From: Octopus bimaculoides
Taxonomy: Eukaryota
NCBI RefSeq assembly: GCF_001194135.2
Contig: NC_068983.1
Span: 85,089,181-85,153,180, forward strand
DNA length: 64,000 bases
Reading direction: 5' to 3'
Shown in pieces: positions 1 to 12,950 of this stretch. The first letter of the stretch is position 1. Every line of letters begins with the position of its first letter. A program made the translations under genes and the position numbers. A model generated the notes under the pieces. The model was not told the origin of the DNA. It was given only the letters and a program-made list of their open reading frames with translations, and did not search any database.

Positions 1-547
1 TGTCATATAGTCAAGAAGGTGAAGAGAGTTGCGTAGGGCGTGGATGTGTGGCAAGTAATCCTGATCGAGTCGTGGTCGAACGACCCGATAGGTTCGGAGA
101 TGGTAATGGTTTTGTACAGGGTTGGTTTTGAGGTGAGGAAGAGAACGAAATTGTTTGGAGTATGTGTGCGTGGATCATGAACTTGTAGAGGAGATGAGAC
201 TAATTGTTGCAAGGAGGTGAGGATTGCAACACATTTGGTTGCTGAATCGGCAGCATCAGTGTGGAATGAATGCGAGAACCATTAAAAACTGTGAACATTA
301 AAGTCTCCGAAGGTGATGACTTCAGAAAGGAATGAATTGAGATATATGTCTTGGTGCAGGAAGAGTTGGTGGTGGCTGGAGAAATTCAGAGAGCTGTAGA
401 CTGTGTAAATGTATTGAATAGATTAAGAATGAGAAACTTTAAATCAGATTAACTGGAAGACCTTGTTGATTCAGAGGAGAAATGTATATGGCGATGAGTG
501 TGAAGTATAATAAATATGTAGCGATATTGTCTTTTAGTGTCCCTGCA
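1..547 (-). mobile_element. Degenerate CR1/Jockey-like LINE, AP-endonuclease fragment
   Basis: Minus-strand remnants of GDFNVH..W and QQLVSSP...HTPNNFVLFLTS...PIGSFDH (apurinic-endonuclease motifs) with stops. Runs off the window start. Confidence 0.7.
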
Positions 548-1416
548 TACGAGGTCTGATCAATAAGTATCCGTACTGTTGCCATAGTAATGAAGCTAAA
601 GTACGCAGATTGACCTTGAACTCTGCTGTGCATGTGCACTAAGTTTTAATGTTCTAGCTCCCTTCCGCTGTTTACAGCAGTGCTTGGAAAGAAGGTGTGT
701 AGCGTGTGATCGTCACATTGACTATGTCAGAGAAAGTTGTCATGGCGATGACTGCTCAGAGGCCTGCGCAAAGTTGCAGATGTGTATGGAGAGGAGTGAA
801 TGAGTCGCACACAAGTGTACGAGTGGTTCAGAGGTTTCCAAGGTGGCCGAAAAAATGTCGATATTGACGAACGTTCTGGGAGACCTGCAACCAGCAGAAC
901 CAAGAAAATGTGCCTGAAGATGTAAGAGGAAATCGTCGAATCCCTATCTGTGAGTTATCAGAGGTGGTGCAAATTAGTCACGGTTCAGTTCAGTCCATTA
1001 CCACTGAAGATTTGGGTATGAGACGCGTGTCTGTCAAGTTTGTGCCAAAACTGCTTTCAGCTGACCCAAATTATACTCGGGTTTCAGTTGTACAAGATCT
1101 CCTTGATTGTGTCGAAAACGACGAATACTTTTTGAAAACTTTGCGTAGGTCTCTGAGCAGGTATTTCCAAGCTTTTGGTAAAATCTGATGCAGATTTTCT
1201 GCTCATCTTTCTCTGTCATGGTCAATGCGACAATCATGCGCTACACACCTCCCTTCCAAGCACTGCTATAAACAGCGAAAGTGAGCTAGAACGTTAAAGC
1301 TTAGTTCGCATGCACAGCAGAATTCAATATTAATCTGTACAAACTTGACTTCACTCTGGGTGCTTTAGCTTCGTTACTATGGCAACAGTCTGGATACTTA
1401 TTGATCATATCACGTA
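548..1416 (+). mobile_element. Non-autonomous mariner element with long inverted ends
   Basis: TA-CGAGGTCTGATCAATAAGTATCC... at 548 and its inverse ...GGATACTTATTGATCATATCACG-TA ending at 1416. Internal transposase remnant YEWFRGFQGGRKNV..DERSGRP and LGMRRVSVKFVPKLL; no DDD catalytic domain. Confidence 0.88.
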
Positions 1417-2094
1417 TTTATACATACTGTATGTATTTACATACACAGTACATATTAACATATACTGAAGAGAGCATACTCTTTATTCTGAAACTTCAAG
1501 GTACAGAGTAGTGTAGGCAGCTGTGATGAACCATAAATAAGGAGTAAGATATTTGTTTCATAGAGAGGAACATTGTCCCTCTACTGTTCTTTGTTCTCAC
1601 ATTAAGCCCATTATCATACACGTTCACAAAACATTATTTTTGTGAAAATGAAACCGCAAATATTATATATTATATATATTACATCTGCATACATGAAATC
1701 ATTCATCCGTAATACAATGTTTCTGTCTATGATTTTTTTTTTTTTTGTTGAAGTATAAAACTAAACTATTTTACGAATTAAACCAGGGAACAAATGGTCT
1801 TATGATGAGTCCTAAATTATCGGACAAGAAAGAGCCTAAGAAGTTACCAATGTAATAAAGAAATTTGACAGAAATAGCTGTCTCTTTCCAGATCGACCTT
1901 CGTTTTTTTTGTTTTTGAGTTTTTTTTAGTTTTTTTTTTTTTAGTTCCATATATTCATATATAGCACGAATCGCTTAATGGATGTCTTTAATGTCTTTTA
2001 TCACCCTAACTCTTTGCTGAAACCACTCATTTTCAATAGAACGGGTTTTTTCTGTAGTACATGACAACAGCTCATATATCCTGATTCATTTCCT

Positions 2095-4075
2095 TGTGTA
2101 CTGTTTACAAGGAATTATTGGTGTAGTTGATTCTTCTTTTTAATAGTTCTGCTGTTTTGTCATCATTCTCATCAAATGAGTTTTGGTGCTTACGCTCTAT
2201 TTTCACTAAAACTTCAAGTGAGGATGCATAGACAATGTCGCAGAATTTCATCCATTTGTTCTCGATTGAAAGATCTGAGTCGTCCATTGTCTCTAATGAG
2301 CAGGTTAGTCTGCTTATCTTTATATCTGAATTTGTTGAGGTTCAGAGAAGATTTCGTTGCTTTTTTCTGAGGTCTTCTGTTCTTCATTATTTCGTGTTTG
2401 TACTTGGCTATCAATAGGTGGTGGTTGGTCCAGCAGTCAACACCAAATATAGACTTAACTACACATAAGTCACAACGATCTTTCTGATGATAAGTGGTGT
2501 AGTCAATCAAGTGCCAGTGTGCAGAACGGGGGTAGATTTAAGGGATGCGGTTCCAAAAAGGAAGTTTAAAGGTGATGTTTGTCAGGAGTAACTGAATCAC
2601 AGTGCAGAACTGGAGCAGAAGTTCACCGTTGGAATTTCATTTGCCGGCTCCGTTGGTTCTTAATACATCCCACTATGTCCAGTGGTCAATTTCAACCCTG
2701 ATATTGAAGTAGCCCATCAATATGAGTTTTTCTTTTCGAGGGATGGTGGAAATTAGGGATGTCAAATCTTCGTAGAACTTCTCTTTGGATGCTTAGTCAT
2801 TCATTATTGCGAGGTCATACAGACGTTTACAAGGTTGAAAAAATTGTTTCCTTTCGTTAGTAGTCTTATAATCGTAAGCTGATCATTTATAGTTTTGGAA
2901 GATTGGTAAGAATTTTTTCCTAGGTTTGTCGTCATCCTTATCCTGCCCTGGTCTGTAGAATGAGTAGTCTACCCCATATTTCTTGAGGTGCCCAGTTTCT
3001 GGTAGTCTTCTTTCGCTGAGAACAGCTGTGTCAATGTTGTACCTTGATAATTCTCAACAACAACTGATCTCTTTGCAGGCCTATCTGCATTGATGTTATC
3101 AAGCGAAGTGCGTAGACTCCATGCCCCTAGCTTCAGTGACATTCGTTATACCCTAATATTTCGACTGCCATTTTGGGATCACATCAACTGTGGTCTGCTA
3201 AACTGGAAGGAATGAAGTAGTAATTTTCAGAGTCACTTATTTTGGCCCTTTCATCGGTCTAGCGAGATGAGCAGTGTATCCAAGAATAGGGCCACTCAAA
3301 CACTCAGGGGTCCACCAGAGCTCAGCACTGCTTCCTTTGTCAATGACCATTTACTTTAAGCTATCTAGTGCATGAGTTTGTGGCTGACAGCTTTCCGCTA
3401 TCCAGGCCTGCTGTCGTTGTCACAGGACTTCCAGATGTATAAAACCACACTGCTTTCCGCGAGATTTTGAAGGTAAAGTAAAACTGCACAGATACTATCT
3501 CCACCCTTCTCTCTTACTATTCTGTTATCCAATAGCAAGACAAAATTAACACACCAAAGAGGACACATACACAAGAGCTACCAGAATGAGATATAACCAT
3601 CCTGCCACCAGTAGGGATTCAACTAATGATTTTCTTTTTGGATTGACTCCTTTAACCTATGCTTAAATAAGCATAATGTACTAGGCAGCAGATGGATTTG
3701 CTTGTCTCTGAAGCTTTTTAAAATTAGGAAGCCCATTGCACAGGGCCAACCCCATTCTTTAGACAACATATGCATTTGCTTATTAAGTAGAACTGGTCTA
3801 CATCATTGACTGAAAACCATGTTGCAAGTGTTACATCAGAGTTTTCCTTCTCCTAGAGAGATATCTGAACAAAAGCTAGGAGTCTCTTACTCTCAGATGT
3901 CAGATGGCCGCTGACTCAACAGAGTTCATCCACCTTTGACAGGTTCTGTTTTTCGTCCTGCAGCGTGTCCAACGGAAGAAGTCCTTATCAAGCAGGCTTG
4001 GGAAAGTTACCGGCTCAGTCGCCGACGGCCCGACCATGCGACAGGTTGTACGGGGTTGCCTGTTACCTGTAGCAC
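2095..4075 (-). mobile_element. RTE-clade LINE, 5' UTR plus endonuclease region (3'-truncated, decayed)
   Basis: ATG at 3142 gives MSLKLGAWSLRTSLDNINADRPAKR (GxWNVRT motif), followed by IDY...QKDRCD...GVDCWTNHHLLI. Upstream sequence is RTE-like 5' UTR (TCTAGGAGAAGGAAAACTCTGA, recalled). The 5' boundary is approximate. Confidence 0.75.
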
Positions 4076-4265
4076 TAGATATTACATCCAGGATGAGGTG
4101 TCATTGTTTCTTTCTTTCATACTTTTGAGGCCCACGACAGAATAATGTATTGCGCGCACTTGCACGAAATATATCTCAAGAGAATAAGTAAAAATGGCAA
4201 AGCTCCATCCTCGTAGTACTTATTTGTATATACGTTATTGATTAACCCACCCATAATCAAAAGTG

Positions 4266-4268
<3 letters not shown>

Positions 4269-4349
<81 letters not shown>
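4269..4349. repeat. (CT)n microsatellite, about 40 units
   Basis: Directly visible. Confidence 0.98.
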
Positions 4350-4352
<3 letters not shown>

Positions 4353-5521
4353 CCGTTTAGCTGTTAGGTAAACCATTAAACCGATATTATTGACTCAACT
4401 AACTGTGAATTTCAAATATTTAGTGATTCGCAGCCTTCAGTGTATTTTCCAGTGTTTGATTTACTTTCCTTACAGGGCTCAACCGTCCCAAATTTCCATT
4501 TAAGCCCTCCCTTAAATTACAGTGTGTTTCCTTTGTTTAATCAGTACTAAAACCAATATTACGAGCAAAACTGAAAATTTTGATTTGTGGGAAACGAATT
4601 GTTGCCGCAAAGCTCATTTATTTTAAGTACATTTATTTTAAAAACGAAAAGGTAATTTCTCTTACTCTCAGTCAAAAACAAGTAATTAATGCGATATGAA
4701 CACATTATTTGAAAACTTTTAAAACGATTGACAGTAATTTCCAAGGGCTAAATAGCAGTAGTATATTCCCTTATTGGGACTGTCACGTTAACTTGGCAGT
4801 ATACAACTACTTTATCGCATCACTACTGCTTAAGTCTCTCAGAGATTTAGAAATCTATTATTTCTAGTATTAGTTATATTTAAATCAAAATATAATTAAA
4901 GGGAAATAACTCTAAAGGAAACTATTTTCTCCATAGCTGCACAAAACTTGAAAATGTTATAAGAATTGTGGAGCCTTGACTAATGAATTAAATGCCATAA
5001 AGCAATGGCTTGGCCCTAGCTGGAGTTTCTCCTATATCATTAGGACTGCATCATTCATGTTATCACATACTTTGCATACTATCATCATCATCATCGTTTA
5101 ACGTCCATCTTCCATACTGGCATGGGTGGGACGGTTTGACAAAAGCTGGCCGCAAATTTTTTTTTCCCACGCGAGTTCCGGACCCAGTAGTGAACTCATT
5201 TGCATACAGCTAATCAGAGCTCAACTATCAAACTAATTTATGAGCGCATAACAAGTGATGGGCGATAAGATAAGGTCACTTGAGTAAGGAATGACCATGC
5301 TTCTTTCCACTTTTGATAATACTTGTTCTTGTTCTTGGTTCAATCATAGCTGCCTCTGCGTAGTTATTTGTGTTGTTGTTTCCTTTGTAAAACAATAATG
5401 GGAGAGGGTTGCTTGGACATCACCCTCTACCCACATTTTTCCCATCCATATCTTTACCATATGGGGCCCTAACAAAATCTGATAATAGGTATAGATGCAA
5501 ATCTATCTAATTACTTGTCTC

Positions 5522-5760
5522 NNNNNNNNNNNNNNNNNNNNNNNNNNNNNNNNNNNNNNNNNNNNNNNNNNNNNNNNNNNNNNNNNNNNNNNNNNNNNNN
5601 NNNNNNNNNNNNNNNNNNNNNNNNNNNNNNNNNNNNNNNNNNNNNNNNNNNNNNNNNNNNNNNNNNNNNNNNNNNNNNNNNNNNNNNNNNNNNNNNNNNN
5701 NNNNNNNNNNNNNNNNNNNNNNNNNNNNNNNNNNNNNNNNNNNNNNNNNNNNNNNNNNNN
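5522..5760. other. Assembly gap (N run). Other gaps: 14186-14236, 35715-35724, 44589-44983
   Basis: N characters in the sequence; ORFs spanning them are artefacts. Confidence 1.
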
Positions 5761-5922
5761 TTTTATTGCATTTCACTGTTTTTTCTCTTTCTTTCTCTTC
5801 CTCCTTTATGTAAATCCCCACTCAAATTGTTGTCCGTCTTTGTGATGTACCCCTCATCTATGCTCCTATGGCGAATAAAAAAAAAACTACTACTAGTACT
5901 ACTACTAGTACTACTACTACTA

Positions 5923-6130
5923 AGGCAGCGAGCTGGCAGAATCATTAGCATGCAGGACAAAATGCTTAGCAGCATTTCGTCCGTCTTAACAATCTGAGTT
6001 CAAATGTCACCAAGGTCAACTTTGCCTTTCATCCTTTTGATGTCAATAAAATAAATACCAGTTGAACAATGGAGTCGATGTAACTGACTCATCCCTTCCC
6101 CCAAAATTGCTGGCCTTGTGCCAAAATTTT
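5923..6130 (+). mobile_element. tRNA-derived SINE family D (AGGCAGCGAGCTGGCAGAATC... head); other copies about 6225-6420 (+), 16310-16525 (-), 18430-18545 (-), 39975-40170 (-), 51945-52150 (+), 59420-59620 (-)
   Basis: Recurrent shared sequence ...GAGTTCAAAT..CCAAGGTCAACTTTGCCTTTCATCC...AAATACCAGTT..., with Pol III A/B-box-like motifs. Confidence 0.75.
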
Positions 6131-7747
6131 AAACTATTTTTTTTTTCCGGCTTTGTAATTGACTTAAATGCTCCTCCAAAACTACTGGTCTTGTGCAAGT
6201 TTTAACCCACAATGAAAGCAATGAGATAGCAGAATCGTTAGAACACTGGATAAAATGCTTAGCTGTATTTCTTCTGGTTCCTTACATTCTGAGTTCAAAT
6301 GTCACTAAGATTGATTGACTTTGCTTTCCATCCCTTTGGGGCCAATAAAATAAGTACAAATCAAGCACTGAGGTCGATGTAACTGGCGAGTCATCAGTTA
6401 GCAAAATTTTAGGCCATTCCTATAGTAGGAAGGATTATTATTATTTGTTTAGCCCTATGCCAGTGAATATTCAACAGACTTATAATCTGATGGAGTGTTT
6501 CAACTGTAACCATCCTGTCTTTTAGCAAATGTGTACTTATCCTTCCTTTTTTAAGATGGTAAGCTGTGATCTTAATGGTATTTCATATTAGTCTAAACAA
6601 TTTCTTTTGTGGGTGATACCACACAAGTCAACAAGAGTAAACTTCTCAAGTCAGTGACGAAGCCTCTGTGGAGGTATGATCCATAAGCAGTCAAATTTCC
6701 CTCATATTATATCCTATTGTCTTGAAAACTGGAAACGCACATTACATAATCTAGTTCTAGATTCACTAAGAAAGAGATAGAATGCTGGTGGCTATAATGC
6801 TCAGGAATTAATAAGTGTTTTAATAAATTATAGAGTCCTTTTGCTGATTAAGGAGTGCTTTAATTATTTGTGAGTTTTCTCTAGTAGATATGAAACCTTA
6901 AACAAGCTGCTTTAATTATATATTTTTTCATTAATTAATGCAAGGGAAAGAAGCAGTATTCAAAGCTTGTAGGTTGTCTTGAACAGGAGAATAATCAATA
7001 GCTTTGTGAAGTTGATGCACCAGATATTTATTATAAACTTTCATGTGTTAGCATTTTGAAGTAATTGGAAGGATATTACATTTTCATAAATCTGCAATTA
7101 AGATGTTGCTAAATGTAGACTTAGAAGATGACATTGAAATGCATGTGTGTGCACACACATGCTTACTACATGTTAGAAGTGTAACCATTATTCTAATATA
7201 GAAAGTGCTTATGCCTTGAGCAAGATTCTAATTGTATCAGGTAATTATTGTCATACTTATTCACTCTTCATGTAATTTGTTTCAAAAATCTTTCTTAAAA
7301 AATATCACATTTCTTTCGGAGAATTCTTATAACATCAGCAATATATCGTTAAAGTCATCAACAGCAAAGCTGAAGAGGTTTATATATTACAGAATAACTG
7401 TTGAAGTTAAACGGCTCAAACAAAACTACATAACTAGGGGCTAATTGGGATGTATATTTACAGATTAAAAACCTGCAAAATACACATGGCCAACAATTTT
7501 GATGGAAAATGATTAGTTGATAACATCAACCCCACAGCTAGACAGACTGGTACTTTATTTTATCTAAAACAAAGCAAAAGGTAACTAATAAAGCAACTTG
7601 GTCTGAAAACCTGTTTCTAAAGAATTTTTGGAGGCAAGTAATAGTTACAAACACAAAGATTTGTTCTTAAAAGCAAAGTGTGTTTCTTCATCTTCAACAT
7701 CAGATTTTCTTTCTTACTGTACACCAACATGACTTGTTAAATATGAA

Positions 7748-7976
7748 TTAACCCTTTAGCATGCAGAATACTCTGTCAAACGTAATGCTTATTTATTCGC
7801 ATTATCTTGAGTTGATCATGCATTATTTTGTAACTTTGCGAGTTTGTACAAGGAAGCAGTTAATTTTTAGAATGATAATGTAGGGTTGGTGTGAGAGGTC
7901 AGGTCTGACCAGTTTGAACATAAAACAGGTAGAATATTTTGGCTGGATACGACTGATTTGAATGCTAAAGGGTTAA
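7748..7976 (+). mobile_element. piggyBac-type MITE (TTAA-CCCTTTAGCA...TGCTAAAGGG-TTAA)
   Basis: TTAA target sites at both ends with CCCTTTAGCA TIRs. Same family at 26222-26445 (+), 29054-29269 (-), 43452-43632 (+), and truncated at 20889-21055 (-). Confidence 0.85.
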
Positions 7977-8019
7977 GCTGGATACAATGGAACCACTGTT
8001 TATGAATGCCTCATGTTTT

Positions 8020-9890
8020 TATTACCCACAAGGGGCTAAATATAGAGCTTTATACAGTACAAAAGACAATACAAAACATAAAATCGGGGAAATAAAAATA
8101 CAAAAAGGAAATCAAGCAAAGAAGAAAAAATAAAAGAAACAAACGAAATTATGAATAATGATAAAATGATGTGCAATGCCCACTCAACCCCCGAAGTCAA
8201 GTGCTTACATTTACAAATGATTTTGGAGGTTTTTCTCTTTTTTTTTTGAAAACAAAAAGTTCATATTTTCATCATCGTTTTTTTTTTTCTATACTGTTCA
8301 TAATTACATCTCCAATCTTCTTAATTCCTCATATTCCACAACCCGCCTATCATACTCACCAATCCACCATATGTATCCATAAATCCTTCATATCTTTCTT
8401 CATTCTCTAGAATTCCTCTATCATTTTTGTTAAATTCCTCTCTGGGCAGCTTCACCCTCACCAGTCCTTTCCACCTCCACACTCTTTTCATAGATTATCA
8501 AGAATCTTTTATGACTACTATTTTTTTTCTCTTGGTTTTTTTTCTCTACTGCTTGTGTATGTTTAAGTTTAGACTGTTCCCTTCCTTTTTGGGGTGTCCT
8601 CTCAGTTTCTGTTGCTGGTCCCTACGAGTGTTCCCTTGACTTTGCCTTCTTTCCCCTTTTGGGGCTGACAAACCCATCACTCTCCTCCTTTGCCACTTTC
8701 GTTCTGTCTTCATTAGTCTTTTCTTTCTCTTTTGCATCTCTGATGCACTTTGCATCGCTTTTCTCCTCTCTGTCTTTCTTTGTTTCAATTTTTTCTTCCA
8801 TCTCCATTTCTTGATCTTTTTCCACTACTTTCTCACTCTGAGTATGTTCATACTTGGGGCACTGTGTCTTCATATGACCCCTTACTCCACATATGTAACA
8901 ATTGGGTCGACAACCCTCTACAATAACTTTAAACGAACTTTCCTCTGCAAAATCTCTATCTGGTATGGGATCCTCTCAATGTCTTCAAAAGTAGCAAAAA
9001 GCCACATCTTAACACCACATCGCCACCAGTTTAACATGTTTGTTCTTCCTACCAGTTCCAACTCTGGATTGTCCTCAGTGGCAGCCAGAATAGCTGCCAC
9101 CAACCACTCTGTTTTTATTTCAGGTGGCACTCTCCTTATTCGGATTCGAACACTGCACCTGCCCATATATGTGGGCAGCAGCAATACCTTGTCCAACTGC
9201 AGAATAGTGGTGCAATGTGAGGCCGCCTATTCTTTGGTGATAAATCTCACTTCCACCGTGCTGTACTTCTTTCCTCTGCTCACAAATTTTGCTTTCTTCA
9301 TAATGGCTCCCAGACATTCTTCAATATCGTCTATCGGTAATATTTCTATTTTGTTGGTGGCGACCACTTGTGTGCGGTAAACACTGTCCTATCACTTGTT
9401 GTTCACTGTTTCTTCTGGAGGGACCAGCTTGATAGTGTCTCCCTCTCTTTGTACAAGTTGTTCACTTCTTATGATTTCTTCCATGTTAACTTTTATCTGC
9501 TTTGCTTCCAGCGGCATAGCTGCTCCCACTGCAGCAGTCTTTGCATAGCTTTCATGATGAAAAGCTAATATTTTCACCCCAACAACGGGAAGAAAAACAG
9601 CAAAAAACAATTACGCACAAGTCGCTTCAGCAATTATTAACAGTAATAATAACAATATCAACAGACAATCTCAAAAAGACAACCTTCCTCAATCAAACCG
9701 TGGTAAAAAATGACTGACTCCTCGCTCGGTCTACGAATGCCTATCATGAACAAATTGGATTATGAACAATTTTTCAAACATAAGATGATAAACTGTCACA
9801 AGTAACAAACAAGCAAGTCAGTAACAACAGTTGGCGAAACGTTGGGAGAACCAACAAGAGAGCATCAGTTGATGTCCAGCTTTCATTCAG
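8020..9890 (-). mobile_element. L1/Tx1-like retroelement carrying only a gag-like ORF1 (CCHC zinc knuckle), frameshifted
   Basis: Minus-strand frames join into ...RIRIRRVPPEIKTEWLVAAIL...KVIVEGCRPN-CYICGVRGHMKTQC-PK (CX2CX4HX4C), then a K/E-rich tail. T-rich 3' UTR ends in ...CCCCTTGTGGGTAATAAAAA at about 8025. No RT motif between ORF1 and the 3' end. Confidence 0.72.
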
Positions 9891-12644
9891 TATACATCGT
9901 TGCTCAAATTCACCATGCTTTCTTTTAAATTTCTTATGGGAAAAATAGTTTCCATTTAAGAAAATTCTGAATAATGAACCACTTCTAGGAATGAATTAAA
10001 TTTATAAAGTGAGGTTCCACTATATTTATTTATTTAAAATTCTTCTCAACGAAGATCAATGGAATCTTCCTTCATGAAGCAATCCTATTCAGTAAACTAT
10101 GAAAATGTTAAACAAATTGCTTTGAGGCCAACATGCAATATTTCTGATTAATTAGAGAAGAGTCAAATGCCTGAAGCTAAATATAGTTCTTGATTTTTCT
10201 TTCTCTTTTAATACTTGTAATGCCCAAGATATTTTATATAAATAGATGAATGCATTTCTTTTTGCTATAATTGGATGGGTTTTTTTGTTTTTTTTTTATC
10301 AAAGTAAATAAGTACCATCTTTCATTTCTATTAATATTCTTAATGCTAACAACAGATAAGAGATTATTAGAAAAGGAAGAGTCATCATTAAAGCTCTTTT
10401 GTTGACAAGGAAAGGAAACCTTATTTTTATTAATTGGCGACTGACAACAAATGGCTTTTAATTGAAATATTTTTTAGACAAATAATATCACTGCCTGATT
10501 AAGAAGTTCACTTCTCAATCGTGGTTTTGGATTCAGTTCTATTGTACAACACTTTGGGTATCATCTACCACGGCAGCCAGGCTGACCAGTCTTGAGAGTT
10601 GATTTTTGGAGACAAAAACATTGTGTGTGTGTGTGTGTGTGTATATCTATATAAATGCGTGTGGGTATTTATATCTTCCTTGCTTGTTATCAGTTCTATC
10701 ACCAAATCCTCTGCACCTTAATTAAAATATTAGTGGCAGGAAAGGCATCCAGCTGTAAAAATGATCCATGATAACATGCATCTAACCCATGCAAACATAG
10801 AAAACAAATGTAAAAATGAATTAAATGGTATTTATAGTCAAAATGTTATTCTTCTCTATTTACTGTTGACATTGGCTCATATTATTTTAGGCTAGCCAGT
10901 AATATACATACACACACACACACACACACTGGAATGAGTATGATTTCAAGGGAGAAAACTAAAAGCGAATCAACTTGAAAATTTAAATTTCAAACATATA
11001 AATGTCATCCAGTTAACTGAAATTATTTTAATGTCTGATTCAGAAGACCATATAAGTCAAACTTGTACATGACAGTTGACATAAACATTGTCATATCAGG
11101 GTAGCACCAGGCTAGTACTGATCAAGCAGACTTACGATCAAATGAATCCAAGCCATAAAATAGAATGTAACCAGGACTGCATTATCTAATGTGTCCATCT
11201 ATTTTAAAGATGGCATGTTGTAATTTGAATAAGGTTTTGCAGTTATTCTTGCAAATTGACAAACCAAATGGAGGCTCCATAAGTAAAGCTAACTTCTTTC
11301 TTTCTTCATGCCATACACTATAAGTCACTGAGTGTAATCATTGTAATTAGACCAGTAACCTATCTTGCACAAAAATTAATGTATAATATAAATGCATTGA
11401 TTTCAGTCATTAAACCCTTTAAAGCTTTTACACAAGGAAAAATGTCATTACTGATACTTATTTTACCAATCCCAGAATGATAATAGACAAATTTATCTTA
11501 GCAGGGGCTAAACTTAAAACCACCTAAGGTTAAAACCCAAAACTGTCCAACAGTTAATGTTTCAATAATTTACCCCAAGACCTTGATTAGATCTCCTGTA
11601 GGGTTTCCTTACTAGCTACAGATGCCAGTATTTCAAATATGTTATGCAAATATACAATTAAAAACAAAAATTATTAAAAATGCAATGCATATAATTAGCT
11701 TAGCTATAGCAATTTCTTGTGGAAGACATAGCAACCTTTGATGGAGTGCTGGTTGAGAAACAGCCCAAGATCATTTTAATATAACATGTCAACATAGGGC
11801 AACACTTCATTTGAGTGTTCTTGTTGAGATGTTTTTCCAGTGTACCTCTGTATATATCCAAAGATCAGTTAGTGACATAAATCTGAAAACTGATTGTGTA
11901 TCTTCTCAAATTTTTGTTTTTTATAGTCACTTTTATGATACAAGTGGTCACATCAAGACAGATTTTTTCTGTTAAATTCTTTAACATCAAACAAGTCAAT
12001 ACAGCTTCTTGCTGGGAGTTTTGAAGAGTAAATCTATCAAATTTAAAGGGGATGTTAATTTTGAATGAAATAATTTTAATACTTTGGCATTTACTTGTCA
12101 CAAACCTAACACACTACATATATAAACATTGTTGGCACGCTGGTAATTCATAGAATTTCTTCCAAGCTAATGAGCAAATAAAAGAAATAGCAGCCAAATC
12201 TCTCTCTCAAATCATATTCAACAGGCTTTTTTTATGAAAAGAAGGATGTATTGAATAGTTAAGCCCTCATACACTTCAATCAGCTCCAACAAAGCTGACC
12301 TGAAACTACACAACATCGACTGGGGTAACAAAGACCAAATGTTAATATTAGACCTGATTAACAGTAACAACATAGCATATTTAGAATTACTAGCTTAATT
12401 CAAAAGCTATAAACCCTACCAAAATAACAAAACAAAAAAAAGACAATATTTTTAGGTGCAGACATGGATGTGGTAAGAAGTTTGCTACCCAACCACATGG
12501 TTCTGGGTTCAGTCTCACTGCATATGTCTCCTACTATAGCCAAGACAAGTGTCTCCTACTATAACCCCAGGGCTAACCAAAGATTTATGAGTGGATCTGA
12601 TGGAAACTAAAAGAAGCCTGTTGTATGTATGTATGTATGTATGT

Positions 12645-12950
12645 ATGGCAGAAACCAAGGCTACACTTTAAGGACTGTGTCAAGTCCTCATTAAAGGCCT
12701 GTGATATGCAGGACACTGACTGGGAGAACAATGCCTGTCATCACCACGAATGGAGGAAGCAGGTTAAGGAGAGGATTGACACTTTTGAGAGCGCACGTAT
12801 CCAGCATGAAAAACTTAAGCAAGCTGCGTGAAAGCGCACGGCTCATATAGTGAATGGGGAAAGCTTCATCTGCAATGTTTGCAGTCGTGTATGCTTGTCA
12901 TGAGCAGGGCTCATTAGCCACCAGCAGAGCCGCAAATGCAAAATGTAAGT
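12645..12950 (+). mobile_element. RTE LINE 3' fragment with C-terminal zinc finger
   Basis: KPRLHFKDCVKSSLKAC...W...W...FE..R, then FICNVCSRVCLS*AGLISH (CX2C...H), typical of an RTE ORF C-terminus. Confidence 0.75.

Noticed and set aside
1795-1842. Hammerhead-like string TGATGA-GTCC-loop-GGAC-AAGAAA on the plus strand
   Set aside because: It has the classic GUCC/GGAC stem II but lacks C3 (ATGATGA), GAAA does not directly follow the stem, and there is no room for stem III or an NUH site. There is also no D box (CTGA) for a C/D snoRNA.
3995-4016. Twister-like GCCGGT...CCCAAGCC on the minus strand
   Set aside because: It has an insertion in the conserved loop and lacks the downstream UAAA-P2-GAGG pseudoknot partner.
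5495-5997. Long ORFs at 5.5 kb, 14.2 kb and 44.2-45.1 kb in the ORF track
   Set aside because: They are inflated by N gaps translated as X.
6541-6564. Apparent 3-nt ATG microexon (tttttaag|ATG|gtaagc)
   Set aside because: It appears to lie within a dispersed repeat-like segment, and no compatible coding exon could be linked.
11700-12101. Protein-looking short frames and splice-like sites on both strands
   Set aside because: Every frame stops quickly and none resembles a family I recognise.
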